Shown in pieces: positions 25,267 through 38,298 of a stretch of DNA of 64,000 bases. Every line of letters begins with the position of its first letter. The first letter of the stretch is position 1. The notes below the pieces were generated by a model. That model worked only from the letters and a program-made list of their open reading frames with translations, had not been told where the DNA came from and searched no databases. Both the position numbers and the translations under genes were made by a program. This DNA comes from Asterias rubens (Eukaryota): the NCBI RefSeq assembly GCF_902459465.1, contig NC_047075.1:11222001-11286000 (forward strand). Reading direction: 5' to 3'.

Positions 25267-28200
25267 TCTTAATGGTAGTGTGCGGTGTTGGTGTTGGTGT
25301 TGGTACAGTGTTGTTACAGTCTCGCATCCATACATTTAAGGCAGTTGACACTATTGGTGCTTACTCAAAATAATTATAATCATGAAACCTTACTTGGTAA
25401 CCAGTCAGTGGGAACTGATGATAGTATAAAACAATGTAAGGAACGGGTATTACTGAAGTAACGTAGTTTTAGAGAAAGAAGTAATTTTCATCGAATTTGA
25501 TTTCAAGACCTCATAATTAGATTTTGAGGTCTCCAAATCAAGCATCTGAAAGCACAAGGGTGTTTTTCTGTCATTACTATCTCGCAACTTCGACGACAAA
25601 TTGAGCTCAAATTTTCACAGGGTTGTTTGTTATTTTGTTTGATGCGTGAGTTGTTGCTTACGATTGTGTTGCTAAGATTTGAGTAGCCTTTTCAGAATAG
25701 TTGTGACGAAGTCTGCAATAAGGGAACTGAGGAGTGAAAATGTTGTTTTAATTCTTGGTTAGATTAAAAACAACTACTTTTTCAACACGAAAAAGTACTA
25801 CTTGTAAGACTAACCCTTTTTTTATTTTTTTTTTATTGATGTCCTCTTTCTACAACAACACAACAATAGTTCGATTGTTACCAGTAGAGTTAAAAGTAAT
25901 TTACATAATCCCCTTTTTTAGACAATGTTAATACATCTTTTCTAGAGACCCCTCGAAACAAAAAAAAAAAACATCGTGTGAAAGGTTTCTGAGGTTTAAC
26001 GTTTTATTTGTAGATGATTCAACACATTTTTTTAGTTTTAAACAACCAGGAACTTTAACTGCAGGTATGTTTATTTTTAGTCATTAATAAAACCAACCGG
26101 TTCATGTAAGAAATTGTATAGTCAGTGACAACTTTTCATTTACAAACCGACGTTCAGAACATAATTATGTGAAAGTACGACTTGTTTTGTCTGTTTAACT
26201 ATTGGTACCTAATACCAAACAACCAAACGTGTCTTGTAGGTATAATGCCTGGATTTGCAAATCTTAAAATGGTGAAAGTTTGTTTGACGAAGTTAAATTA
26301 TTCTTCATGTGTCCTACTTTACAAGTACGAATGTTTTCATCTAACATTTTAAACACTATGCACACGTCATTGATTTTGACAAAATGCGTATCCTCCATAG
26401 ATTTTAGTAAAAGGTTTGACTAAATTTAGGGGAACTTAACGAGCAGTTTGTATAATAGTAATGGACTCCAGCAATGCACAAGACTAAAGCTGAACCTAAA
26501 TTTGAACAACAAACCACACACTTTACTTACAATACCCCTATACATCAATATAGTATGTGTAATTCGACCTCGAGAGCGTCTTGACTACAGCAGCTACAGC
26601 GTGTATTGTGAACTTGTTGTGTACTTGTATACATTGTATCAAATTGTATCAAATGAATATCGTAAAAACAAAAACCATTTCATCATGTCGTTGTAAGTTT
26701 GGGTCTTGAAAACAACGTTCTTTTCCGAACCACTTCAACTATTTTAGATATTTTCATAAATGGTGTTACCACAAGCCTCTTACTGTAAGATGTGACCAGA
26801 ATGAAGTTACACGAACTTGCACCCAGGTGAGTTTTTCATAATTGATGGCTTAGAGCCACAAGCTCAACTGTGATCTTGTTATCGTGGGACTTTCACGTAC
26901 TATTACTATTAGTTACTACCAACAAGTTTACGTTACTTTGCAAATCACAATCGAGGCACACAATGCAAGATTTTAAAAGTGTCAATTATAAATGTTTTTG
27001 ATATTTTTACCATACACCAAAGTAGCAATTGTAACCCCTTTTGATTGATAAGTGGTATCATTTTAATCCTTTACTCGTTTTTTTTACGTCAGACTTTACA
27101 GCCCCACTCCCCGGTTCATTATCTGGTGGCCTAATAAAGTTGTGTCATGACCAGGATTCGAACCTACAAACCAATGCTCTTGCCACTATACTTTGAATTT
27201 AGTGCGAAAACCATTCAATCAAAACTTGCCTGTGAAATAAAATCTTACATGCTCTACATTTAAACATTGTTTTTAGAGCTTCACACAAATTTACCTTTAA
27301 AGAGGACATTTTAAAATTTAGAAACCATTCTTAAAGCTCGAAATCTTAAACATTATTATCCCAAAATATTCTATGATTTGTGCAATATTTTTGTTCGTAT
27401 TTTGTTTTTGTGTTTTTCAATAACATTATTTGTTTACTCATAACAAAGACTATTAAAAATCCTTAATCATCCATATGTTATTTCCTAAATCGTATGTAGT
27501 TTATGTTTAAGATAATCCAAGCGTTTAAAAATGACTTCAACTACCATAGTAATTCCATAAATACTAAAACAGATATAATATTACATGATAACTCAACAAA
27601 AAATCAATATGACACTTATAATGTAAGGTAACGTAACGAAAGGGTCATGGTTCCATATATGATTGTGTTTTTGTCATAAATCATTTTCCAAAGCAAAATA
27701 TAAAACAAGTACTACAGTTGCTGATCACAGCTTCATATGTATTTTCCTTTTCACGGTCATTGTTCTAGATGTTTGTCTAGTTGTGTTCGAAAAAACAAAG
27801 GGAATTTTAAATCTTTGAAAACTCTTTGATCATCACATGTTTGCTTTGACCTTCTCAAAATAATGAAACTATACAAATTGAATAAAATTTCTTTGTTTAA
27901 GTATGCTTAAAGTGGCTACGAACCACGGAACTTGTCCCTAATATTTTGGAACTATTCTACAACATTTTCAGGGAATCAACGAATTGTTGAAGGGTTCTGA
28001 TTTGTATGTACAGTATTTTGAAACTGATTGCGAATAAAATTCACACAAAGCTGTTCGTAGCGAGGGGCATTTAAACCAAATCAAAAAAAGAGTATCCAGA
28101 AGAAAGAAGTTGTCTGATTGTTTCAATCATTAGTCAACATTTTCTGTAAAATGCAAAATTCATTTTTTTTTTTTAAGTACAATGTTTTAGTGCTGTAAAT

Positions 28201-30070
28201 ATTTGATTGTAAACTAAACGGAAATAAATCGTGTAAAACATTGCGAGATAGATTGAGCCCATGGAATCCAAACGATGACTGTCCTAATAAAGGTATCTTC
28301 AATGAGGAAATCACAATAACATATGGAACAATTCTTAAAAGTTGTCATGATACTCGTTTATATGTTCGACTTTGCAAAAATTGTCATTAGTTTTGGGGAA
28401 TTTTTGTGTATTCCCTAAACCATCTCAGCTCCCTTGTTAGCAACCAGCCTTTGCTGTGACTTAGATCACTAACAAAATTCAAATAATCACAAAGACTTAT
28501 CTCTCATTTAACAATACATACCCAGCGACCGGGATTTAAACCCACACCCCATTGCCCTAGCCACTGTCTTTGTTCATTAATTGACGCCAAGTACAACTTA
28601 ATTCAAACGTATTTTCTGTGTACACATTGTTATTATTAAATTACAACACTGAAAATCAAAAACCATTCTTAAAACATAGTTTGTTATCCACAATTTTGTG
28701 GTAATTTATGGGTTTTTTTAAGGCTTTTTTGCCAGGTTTTATCTCATGAAATAATATATTAATTCTTATTGTTCTACTTATAAATCGCAACTGGAATGTT
28801 GAAAATTAAAACAACAACCTTTTTTAAAAATGGTTTCTGAGATTAAATTTTACCAATAATATATCGATACAATTAACACCAATATCATTAAAACGTATAC
28901 AAAAAATAGTCAGATATTAGTGCAGATATTAGTTAAATAGGTTACAATTGAGGCACAAGTGAAAATCGAATGTGACAGAAGTTGATCGATCGAGATTAGC
29001 ATATGATACTTACGATTTAAACAGTTTTTTAAGTGTGGAAATATTCCCTAGTATAGGCAACTTTTTTTTATTTTATTGCCCAATGTTGTTTACGTTTATA
29101 TGAGTTTGGAAAAGTGACACGCTGTGTTTTTTGGGGGGAGAAAGAACCGCCAAAGTAGTAAATTTGTGTAATTTTGATGAAGTCACATTGTCTACGAACA
29201 ATTTAAAAAGCGGCAAAACTAATTACTTATTACTTCTACGTTGCAAATTGTGCCATACAAGTAATTATCCGTTTGTTAGATTATAAAACACTTTTTAAAT
29301 ATGTAACTAACATAAACTTCAATAGGAAACCATTCTTAAAACAGTATGTCGGTAAACTTTGTTTTCTTTCAAATCGACTACAAATGTTTTGTTTGCTTTG
29401 AATTGACCGTCACCCATTGCTGATATATTAATATCCAGACATGCCTAACCTAACCTTTTTCCTAAACTGTAGGGTAACTTATTTCCTTTATTTCGAAAGT
29501 AAATGTACTTTGGGTTTGATAACTTGTTCTGATTTGTTAAAAATGGTTTCAGAAGCTAAGTATCTACGAAATACAATGAGGTACATACCACGGTTACAAC
29601 AATGCCTAATAAGTGCAAAAACTTAACAACTTCGAAATTAAGGCAAACCTGGTGAAAATTAATTGTGTATTATGATTTATATTCATCCGAAAGAAAAATG
29701 TATTCCTTTGGGAACTTGATCTCATTGCGCTGTATATTCCCAACCCCGTATTTGTTTTCATCCACAGTGTGTGACAAATTCAATTAAGGCTGCGGCTGTT
29801 ACACCATACATTCCCATACAGTAAAGCTCTGCATCAAATAGAAGAAGCACCAAGTCACAGAGCAACTGGTCCGCTCTCATTGGACTGTGATCTTGCTTCA
29901 GTTTACTGGGAACACAATGCCTTGGATCGGTCGAGTTGGTCTTTGAATAGCATTTAAAAGCGCTTGTTACGAAATGCATATGGTTAGATAGATACTTTAA
30001 AAGTAGAATATAGTGATCCACACAAACATGACTCGAAATTGCACGGTTTTCATTTTACATCGAGAACAAA
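25267..30070. repeat. Segmental duplicate W+X; W (25267-27006) matches 59842-63910, X matches 21687-24766 and 63911 to the window edge
   Basis: Shared ggtgttggtgttggtgttggtac start; ORF 26448 matches ORF 63352. Confidence 0.95.
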
Positions 30071-32168
30071 CATGGTCGGGCATTCTGTGGAGTCCAAGTT
30101 TTGACTCCATAAAATGGCCGACTGTGTTAGTTCGCGACCTATAAAGTAAACCGTGCAATTTAGAGGCATGTTTTTGTGGATCATTATTATTCTACTTTAA
30201 AAGTATCTATCTAACCATATGCTTTTCATAACAAACATTTTTCATTCAGTGTTTCTCCTCAATGAATTAGATATTTATATTTATATTTATATATTTCATT
30301 TCTCGGGAATAAAAAGTACAATAATGCACATTAATTAGGTTAAAAACATTGAAAAATACAGCAGAGAGGAATTTGAAAACACTAGGTGTAGATAGAGGAG
30401 GGATCAACCTGACCCGCTGCTCATTGTAGTGATGCTTTGCGTTAGGAATCAAGCAATTTAACAAGTTGGCTAGCTTGTTACTCGAATGGTTCACTGAGTA
30501 GAAGTTGCCTCTGTGTCTCTACTGGATGTTTGCAAACTTAATCTCACAAAATGTGTTTTAGGGTTACAGTGTTTGCCTCAATAAACTCAAAGCCACACAG
30601 AACTGTGTCATACTCATCTTTAAGATTGACTCATTTTCTTATAGATACAATCCTTAAAACAAAACGGTTTAAAAACAATACCGAGTTCCTAAGTTACATT
30701 TAAACAGAGTGGGATGTGTTTGACACGGTGTGATGTGGGCGTGTAAACGCAACGTGTGATATCGCATTTTAAATGTATGCGTTTGTAGGTTTCCATTTTT
30801 GAAATTTAATTCACCCAATCAAATATTGAAATATCCAACCATGTATAGAACCACGTTGTTATCGACACGGTGCAATGGTTCAAACTTATACTATGAGAAG
30901 TTGTACAACTTAAATTTATTTTGACAAAACTGAACTTTAGTTAAATTAAATGAAAAATTTTAGGGCAGTATAAATTATTCAAAATGTTTAAATTGTCCTT
31001 GTGTAAAACAATATTAATTGTTTATTCACACACTTGTTTACATCAAACCAACCTAAATACCAGGCCACTTTCTTATGTTGTAAGGTTTTGAATGAATGTT
31101 TGTTATTAAATGTTTATAGTTTCAACATTTATTTTATTAATGAACTAACTGTTTGAAAGATGAGCTCTCATTTCTTCCTAGAAGTTTAAACCATAATCCT
31201 ACAAGTGATCAAACCTCTTGTTAAAACTGCATTGCATTTTGTTAAATAAATTTATATTAACCATTATTTCAATATTTAATCGTTTAACTTGCCTAAGTCA
31301 TTGGTTTATTTGAATTAATTATAAATAGTTTTAAGTGATACTGTCCATCAATAATTTGATCAGTACAATATGTACTGAGTCGAGTAAACTCATTAAGAAA
31401 CTCTTGCATTACAGTCGTATCCCGTCTTGTTGTAGGTGCTGTTCTACGATCATCACAATGCAATCTATTATAAGTGATTTTAAAATACATTTGTTTGTTC
31501 ATTTTATGCCGCATTATTAAGCTTGGGTGAAAGTAGGTGTACTCGGAGCCAAGTTGAAACAGCAAATATCACCAAATACTATTCCCGTCTAATTTAAAAG
31601 AATGTTGTTGTTTTGTTCGTAGTAAGGTTTACGGTAACACTATGTATCTCTAAACGGTGGTTCTAAAAAGAAAAAATGTCATTACAAGATGCAACCGCAA
31701 ACCTTACTCTTTTGTAAAGTGTCAAATCTTACTTTTTGTTTTCCTTGTAACATTTAGTTTTTCTGTCTTTCATTTTTAAACCAATGGGTGTAAATGGAAT
31801 CGAATATTTGCACCAACTCCAGTTTTATTAAAACAATTGAGTTGACATAAATTCACCTTAGTAATATTCGATGTTTTAACTGGACTGCTGAATCGAAAAA
31901 AAAAATTGCTTAACAATTTTGTGCCTCGTGAAACAGAGTAGGATACCAGTCACATGGTGCATGTGATTTTTGTTTTACTGATAGGCCTTAACAGGTACAT
32001 AGGCTTTGTTAGTTGTTCCTTTGTGCTTGATCAGTCCATATAGCAAGGTACTGTTTACTTGTTTAAGTCTGAGCTGAATAGCTAACCAAATTGATGAATA
32101 GTTGCACCACCGCGTTTGCTAAACATTCGACTATCAAGGGACATTGCAAATTTCATTCTGAAACCTTT

Positions 32169-32452
32169 TTAGCCACGAGGTGGAGAGTAACGGCGTATTT
32201 TGATTTCAGTCTTTGCAACACGAGACCCATTCCATTCACTAGCTCTAATGACTCGTTTGTATGGACCCATAGCATCACCAGGTTGTATATATTCAGCATT
32301 AAGGTTATTATCTACACCAGGTATACCAGAGCATCTATTAAACCACCATCCTCCTTCACTGTTCAGACCTGGGCAGTTTGTTGAGCCTTGGTTAATATCT
32401 TTGTGATGGCGAATGCTGAAGGCTTGATTGTTGGCAGTCTCAAGAATATTAT
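32169..32452 (-). CDS. FReD gene exon 9 (C-terminal part of the fibrinogen domain, stop)
   Basis: Acceptor ttttcag|AT; NCP..SEGGWWFNRC..NLNAEY..KTEIKIR. Confidence 0.92.
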
Positions 32453-33002
32453 CTGAAAAAACAGAGGAAAGTCTGATAATCAACATTCTTAAATACCTAA
32501 GACAGTTTGGCTATTCCTATTGGTGGAGAGCATTTCACGTGGAGTGTTTAAACAGCTGATAAAGGCACAGCTAGAGCTGTATATAACAAGTTGTTTTCGG
32601 ATAGTATTTGTGCGGGTTAGCCAAATGCTATCAGAAAACTGCCTCCAAAAAAATGCACCGCACGGTCACGACACTGCCGATTTTAAACGGCCGTTTAAGA
32701 ACTCGTCACCACTCATGTATACCCTTACTAATATTTGATGCTCATTAATTTAAAAGTTAAGTGGTTTTTTTTTCTATTAAATAACTGCACGCCTGTTATA
32801 GAATATCAGAAAATTAAAAAGTGTGAACAATTAACACGCGTCTATGGCACCACCATACACTGTTTTAAACTTGTAAACAATTTAAAGGTTTGTTTCACAC
32901 ATGTTTTTAGATCGTCTGTTTGTATGTTGTATTGCAAACAAGTAAACACCATTATCGGTTGGACTCGAAAGTTAGTAATTTAACTAAACTCGAAGAACTT
33001 AC

Positions 33003-33141
33003 TTCTGCATCCAATGAGTTCAATGCTGACAGGTTGATATTCGAAGTTTTCAGTTCGTATGATACGGATGAAGCGTGCTCGGATCGGCTGCTTCAAAATG
33101 GTGGTTAGCGGTGCGGATTCCTCCGTGTTACCATGGAATGT
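33003..33141 (-). CDS. FReD gene exon 8 (C-terminal part of discoidin module 2)
   Basis: cag|TFHGNT..QPIRARFIRI..IELIGCR|GTAAGT; 139 nt, phase 0 to 1; not in the ORF track. Confidence 0.9.
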
Positions 33142-33202
33142 CTGTAGCACAGGAGATAAACAGCATGATTACGGCCAACTTTGGTTAATTGAATAAATCG
33201 CC

Positions 33203-33543
33203 TTAAAGGCAGTGAACAAAATTGGTCATTGTCATAGATTAGCCTTCACAGTTAGTGTAACTCAACATATGCATAAAACAACAAACCTGAGAAAATTCGA
33301 GCTCAATCGGTCATCAAAGTTGCGAGATAATAATGAAAGAAGAAAACACCCTTGTCACACGAAGTTGTGTGCGTTTAGATGGTTGATTTCGTGGAAAATT
33401 ACTTCTTTCTCCAAAACTATGGCACTTCAGAGGGAGCCGTTTCTCACAATGTTTTATACCACCAACCTCTCCACATTACTTGTCACAAAGAAAGGTGTTA
33501 TGCTAATAATTATTTTGAGTATTTACCAATAGTGTCCACTGCA
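33203..33543. mobile_element. TTAA MITE family A in intron 7
   Basis: TTAA-AGGCAGTGAAC ... CCAATAGTGTCCACTGC. Confidence 0.8.
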
Positions 33544-33727
33544 TAGAAAGTAATAAAACATGAAAAGCTCATTATTGCAATGTTCCATGTACGTATGTTT
33601 TTTCTGGATTAAAGATTGTCTCTGTTTAAAACCAGTTGAGAAACAAGTCCACCAGAATCAAAATATTAATTTGAAGAACCATTTTACGTAAAGTACGTAA
33701 ACGTTGAGCAATGACACAACCATTTAC

Positions 33728-33933
33728 CTGACGTTCAGGTGCTCCATGGTGGGTTACGTTGACCCAGGTAACGTTGTCGAGACTGACATGTACTTGAAAT
33801 GACTGTGCATATTTCCCTTTAGCTATGACTCCCTCAACTAGAGTTACTAACAGTAGGTCAATCTGAAGCCGTGGTGATTCGCCAGGCATTGTATGGGCTT
33901 CCTTAAGAAGGCGTTGTGCACATACCCAGCGTA
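33728..33933 (-). CDS. FReD gene exon 7 (N-truncated discoidin module 2)
   Basis: tttacag|..LQIDL..VEGVIAKG..SFQVHVSLDNVTW..Q|GTAAAT; phase 1 to 0. Confidence 0.8.
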
Positions 33934-34258
33934 CTGTAAACAAAACATGTGACTGATTGAAAATTTGAATTGAATGCGTTGTGCTCCTGTTCTGTAAAGT
34001 TATGAGTAAATTTAGATTTTCTTAAAAAAAGGTTTATATTTAAAAAAAGAACAGTAAATGGCATCAATTAAGACATCGACTCTATAACAGGCACAGGGTC
34101 AACATTTACACAAAAATAAATCAGTTTTTAGAAAAGGAATTTTAACTGGAACAGTACTTAACTGGCATCTAAACTATGAGAGCAACTGGATTATTAATAG
34201 GCCCATTATAGAACAAATACAGCACTGGCAACCTTTAAAATTACCAACAACTTTGAGT

Positions 34259-34342
34259 AAGTATTCCGGAACTTCTGTTAAGTATTCGGGAACTTCTGTA
34301 AAGTATTCGGGAACTTCTGTAAAGTACTCGGGAACTTCTGTA
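34259..34342. repeat. Minisatellite, 4 x 21 bp (AAGTATTCGGGAACTTCTGTA)
   Basis: Direct tandem repeats; explains the KYSGTSV repeat ORF. Confidence 0.95.
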
Positions 34343-35034
34343 TTAAACAACGGTTTAACTGGTAAATTACAAACTTTTCCCCGAGCAGGACATGTAACTT
34401 ATAAACAAGCCTCAAACTTCTACCAATGTTCAATCTTTCGAGATAACGAAATTAGAAAAGTCCTACTCACTTTTATACTGCACGTACGGGGCTGGAATTA
34501 ACGGATTGATGGATGAATAATAATTTGTGATTTTAGGTGATTTTCGTGGAATTAATGGAAAACTTTGATAAAGAACATGGCGATTTATAAAGTAATTGGA
34601 ATCATGTGAAACTGGGTTGTCAATAGAGGGCGCTATAGAGGATGCATTACTACGCTCACTAATAAGAATCCGACTACTGTCTTATAATAATGCACCACAC
34701 TTACATAGGAAAGGACGTCGGAAAACCGGAAAAAGGGTTTTTACAGAGTTTCCAACTCTATTACGTCTTTGTACCAATATACTTTATTACGTGTTTTTAC
34801 CAATACCGCATGAGAGTCAAAGAGTATTGACTCGTTCTGAAGCGGCCGTTTAAAACCTTGTATGGTCGTGGCCGTACGATAAAGGCTCTCACCTTCGGCT
34901 CGGGCCTATATCGCGCGGTCACGACCCTGTCGGTTTTAAACGGCCGATTAATAACTCGTCGCTGCCCTTTTATTCCCTTTTTAAAAGTATAGTTTTTGCA
35001 AATCCAAAATTATGTCAATAGTTCTTACATATAA

Positions 35035-35180
35035 GAGATGTTTAGTCTAGTTGGTAAGATACTGCTCTAAAACTACAAGGGTCGTGGGTTCGAATTCCAC
35101 TCGAGAAACATGCCTGTGATACTTTTTTCACAAGACTCGGGAAAGTACAGTTCTAACACACATCGGTGTATGGGTAAAAA
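35035..35180 (+). mobile_element. tRNA-derived SINE
   Basis: TAGTCTAGTTGG A-box, GGTTCGAATTCC B-box; gactcgggaaagtac segment also at ~14920. Confidence 0.7.
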
Positions 35181-35388
35181 ATAAAATAATATTACTAACA
35201 TGATTATCAACAATCCAGATGAAATTATTTAATGAAATGGACTGTTTGTATTTTTGCAATGTGCTTGATTGATAATATGCACTCGTTTAAGTTTAAGATC
35301 AGAGAAAGAGACTTGTATATGAATTCAGTTTACGATTTTGTTAAATAAACGTTACATTTGAAAACGTTGTGATTTATTGAAACAATAC

Positions 35389-35527
35389 CTCTGCATCCAA
35401 TGAGTTCAATACGTAGGGATGGGTTATTAGACCATTTTGTTGGTTTGATGCGGATGTACCGTGCTTGAATAGGCTGCTGGAATATATTGGTGACTGGGGT
35501 GTATCCATCAGTGTTGCCGCTGAATGT
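35389..35527 (-). CDS. FReD gene exon 6 (C-terminal part of discoidin module 1)
   Basis: cag|TFSGNTDG..QARYIRIKPTKWSNNPSLRIELIGCR|GTATTG; 139 nt. Confidence 0.92.
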
Positions 35528-35677
35528 CTGTTAAATAATAAACCACATGTGGAGCAGTAACAAAAACAAATGGTAATTTAAACTTTGGGCCTGAATAATG
35601 GCTGTACTGCATTATTGAAGTGTTGTTTTTTAGGAATACATGTCAGGTTGGAGGGTTTATTTCCTGAGTACTCTTAC

Positions 35678-35985
35678 CTGTGGAGTAGAGGCCCCATTCA
35701 CATACATCCATGTAGTGAGTTCGATGCTGTATTGTACTTGGTAGTGTGTCACATACTGGCCTGGCCCGCCCTGTGTGATGACACCCTCAATCTGGACAGG
35801 ATTTGCACCCATATCTACTTGAAGCCACGAACCATAGAGTCGTCCCCAAGCTGGGGACCAATAACGGTCCAGGTTCAGTCGTGCATTACTCGGCGGATAC
35901 AGGTCACCCCATTTACTAGATGCTGTGATCCTATCATCGGGGATACTCCCGTCTTCCATCCCAAGTTTATGTCTACAATATACAA
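35678..35985 (-). CDS. FReD gene exon 5 (F5/8 type C/discoidin module 1)
   Basis: C..KLGMEDGSIPDDRITASS..ARLN..WLQVDMG..VITQG..YVTHYQVQYS; ttccag| acceptor, |GTAAGA donor. Confidence 0.92.
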
Positions 35986-36849
35986 CTGGAACCAAAATAT
36001 AACAAATTAAGCGATTAATTGGTGGAGTAACTATTAATGAAATAACACTAGGTTTGACATCAATGTTTGCCAGGAGGTAAATTCAACGGATGAATTTATT
36101 TTTGTCACATTTATTGCTAAATGACGGTTCTGAAACGTGTCCTTTTTAAGCAACAAAGTAACACACCCGTCAAAAAATCGCCTGTGGTAGTTTCGGTTTG
36201 TTCTTGTATTCAGGATTATATTTGTATTTATTTCACTTCTTGTTAATAAAGACAAAATACAACAATACACATTAATTATGATTAGGTTAATAACTTTTAA
36301 AAAATACAGCAAAGAGCAATTTAAATACAATAAACACAAATAAAATAAAATGTCTTTATACAAATATAAAAATATGTATGTAGTCTATATAGCGTTAGTA
36401 AAAACAAACAAGGGCATACAAGCAAGGTAAACACATAAATTATAAAACCTAAATATAAAATGAAAGCACAACAATATATAGACGATGTGACCTCTGATGT
36501 CACTCGAAAACCATAACCTGATTCCGCGCATACCAGCGGGCAAAACCTTTGTGTTTTGGCAGTCAGCTAGAAAGTGTACGCAATCTTACCATGACTACGC
36601 GTCTTTTTTGCCGGTTAAACATAACGTAAACAGTCTTTTGTCAACAGAGGGCGGTTTGAATGTAAACATAGGTCACATCGTATTATAGATAATACACATT
36701 GGCTAAACAAAGTCATGTTATGGGTGGTTTCGTGTAAAGAACTCAACGTATAGTATTTATACACCTTACTGGGGAAGTCCCTAAGCACAAGTTTTGAACA
36801 TCGGTGGAAAGTCTATCCAAAAATATTTTGAAAAAAGGTACTTAAGAGA

Positions 36850-37560
36850 GTTCGTTCTAGCAAGTCTGTGTTTGAAAACCAGTTTATCAATTGTACGTGT
36901 AATAGGTTTCGGTATAATATGAGTAGGTGTCGTTCAAGCTGACAAAAAAAAAAACATAATAGCAGAAAACGGTTGTACAAGGAGGGTAAGTGAAGTTGAG
37001 TGAGATTGTTCGTAAGTAAGGGACTCAGCAACTCTATAATGTGAAACAGGAGCGAATGAATTGTCATTGCACTGCTTCAAGGGACTGTATGTGGTGTTTC
37101 TGGTTTGGTAGCCATACATGAATACATGACGCGCTGTTTGCGCACAGAAATAAATTACTGTTCACTGAAAGAAACCATGTCGTGATCCAAAAATAATGTT
37201 GGAACTTTTAGAATGCACAATAAAATGACTAGACATAAAACGTTAAAACATCTTGCATGACCCTGAACAATAAGATATTGGACGGTAATTAGCAATATGA
37301 GAGTTATTACCTTGTTGGGGGAAGAGGAATGACATTTGCCAGCCTCCAATCTCCAGGTACTCTGCCCAATTGGATGTTGAGGTTAATAATTTTGGTAAGT
37401 ATGCCAACCAGAGACAAATCAGCAAGCAAGTATGCCATGTGAATTTTCATCTGGATGAGTTTGGATGAGTTAAGCTTACGCACCGCCTACAACACCTCAC
37501 CTTGCCTGATTTGTATAGTTTGAAGAGGGCATGGGTGCCTGGGAGATTAGAGGCTGAATC
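36850..37560 (-). mobile_element. Degenerate LINE fragments
   Basis: NYRPIS..SCKMF motif (~37250-37330) and YQTRN-type LINE 3' region. Confidence 0.55.
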
Positions 37561-38036
37561 CTGTACAGAAAAATTACTACAAAAACAAATCATTAAAAGC
37601 ATTAACAATGGAAGACGATGCGTTACATGCGTCTCATCCTGAAAACATATACAGCAGGTTAAGACTTTCTTTCAGCATTAACAAACGACCAAAAACGTTT
37701 AGGGTTACATTTCAAGTCATTGGCAACAGCTTTAAACAAATACATTTCAAGTCATTGGCAACAGCTTTAATTGAACATTTACAGCAGGTTGAGACTTCCT
37801 GCTAGCATTAACTAAACCATCAAAACCTAAACGTTTAGGGTTACATTTCAAGCCATTGGCAACAGCTTTAAACATTTGTAGATAGTTAAACTTGATTACT
37901 AAAGTTTGTCTTTAGTCAACAAATTATTGTTGTATAATAATTATATTATATGATCATATTAAATGTATGCCTTATTGTATCTGAATATAAATATAAACAG
38001 GGGAGGCCTGGTCAATACAATGCCATGTGTACATAC

Positions 38037-38298
38037 CAGATAGTTGTATCTCTGAGTTCTCCAGAAACAGTTTGTAATGGCCTGGTCCGACGTGGAACTG
38101 TTTCTTGAGAAAAGAACCCTTGGTGTTATCTTCATTAGTGAGTTCCAGACGGATTGTCCAGTTCCCCTCAGCATCAGTCAGTTTATGTAGAATCTCATTG
38201 CCAAGCCAGAACTCACCATCCATTGACCCAAAGCCATCCTTGTAATCTTCCCAACTGCGGTTGAAATTGATTGATCCATCATAACGCCGCTGGACCAC
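38037..38298 (-). CDS. FReD gene exon 4 (central fibrinogen domain)
   Basis: [37 protein letters not shown]; phase 0 to 1. Confidence 0.95.

Noticed and set aside
24692-25373. Four long ORFs of ~200 aa
   Set aside because: They are runs of X across the 500-N gap.
34259-34342. CRISPR-like or peptide-repeat interpretation of the 21-bp repeats (also 51166-51253)
   Set aside because: No unique spacers and a eukaryotic intronic context; simple minisatellite or palindrome array.
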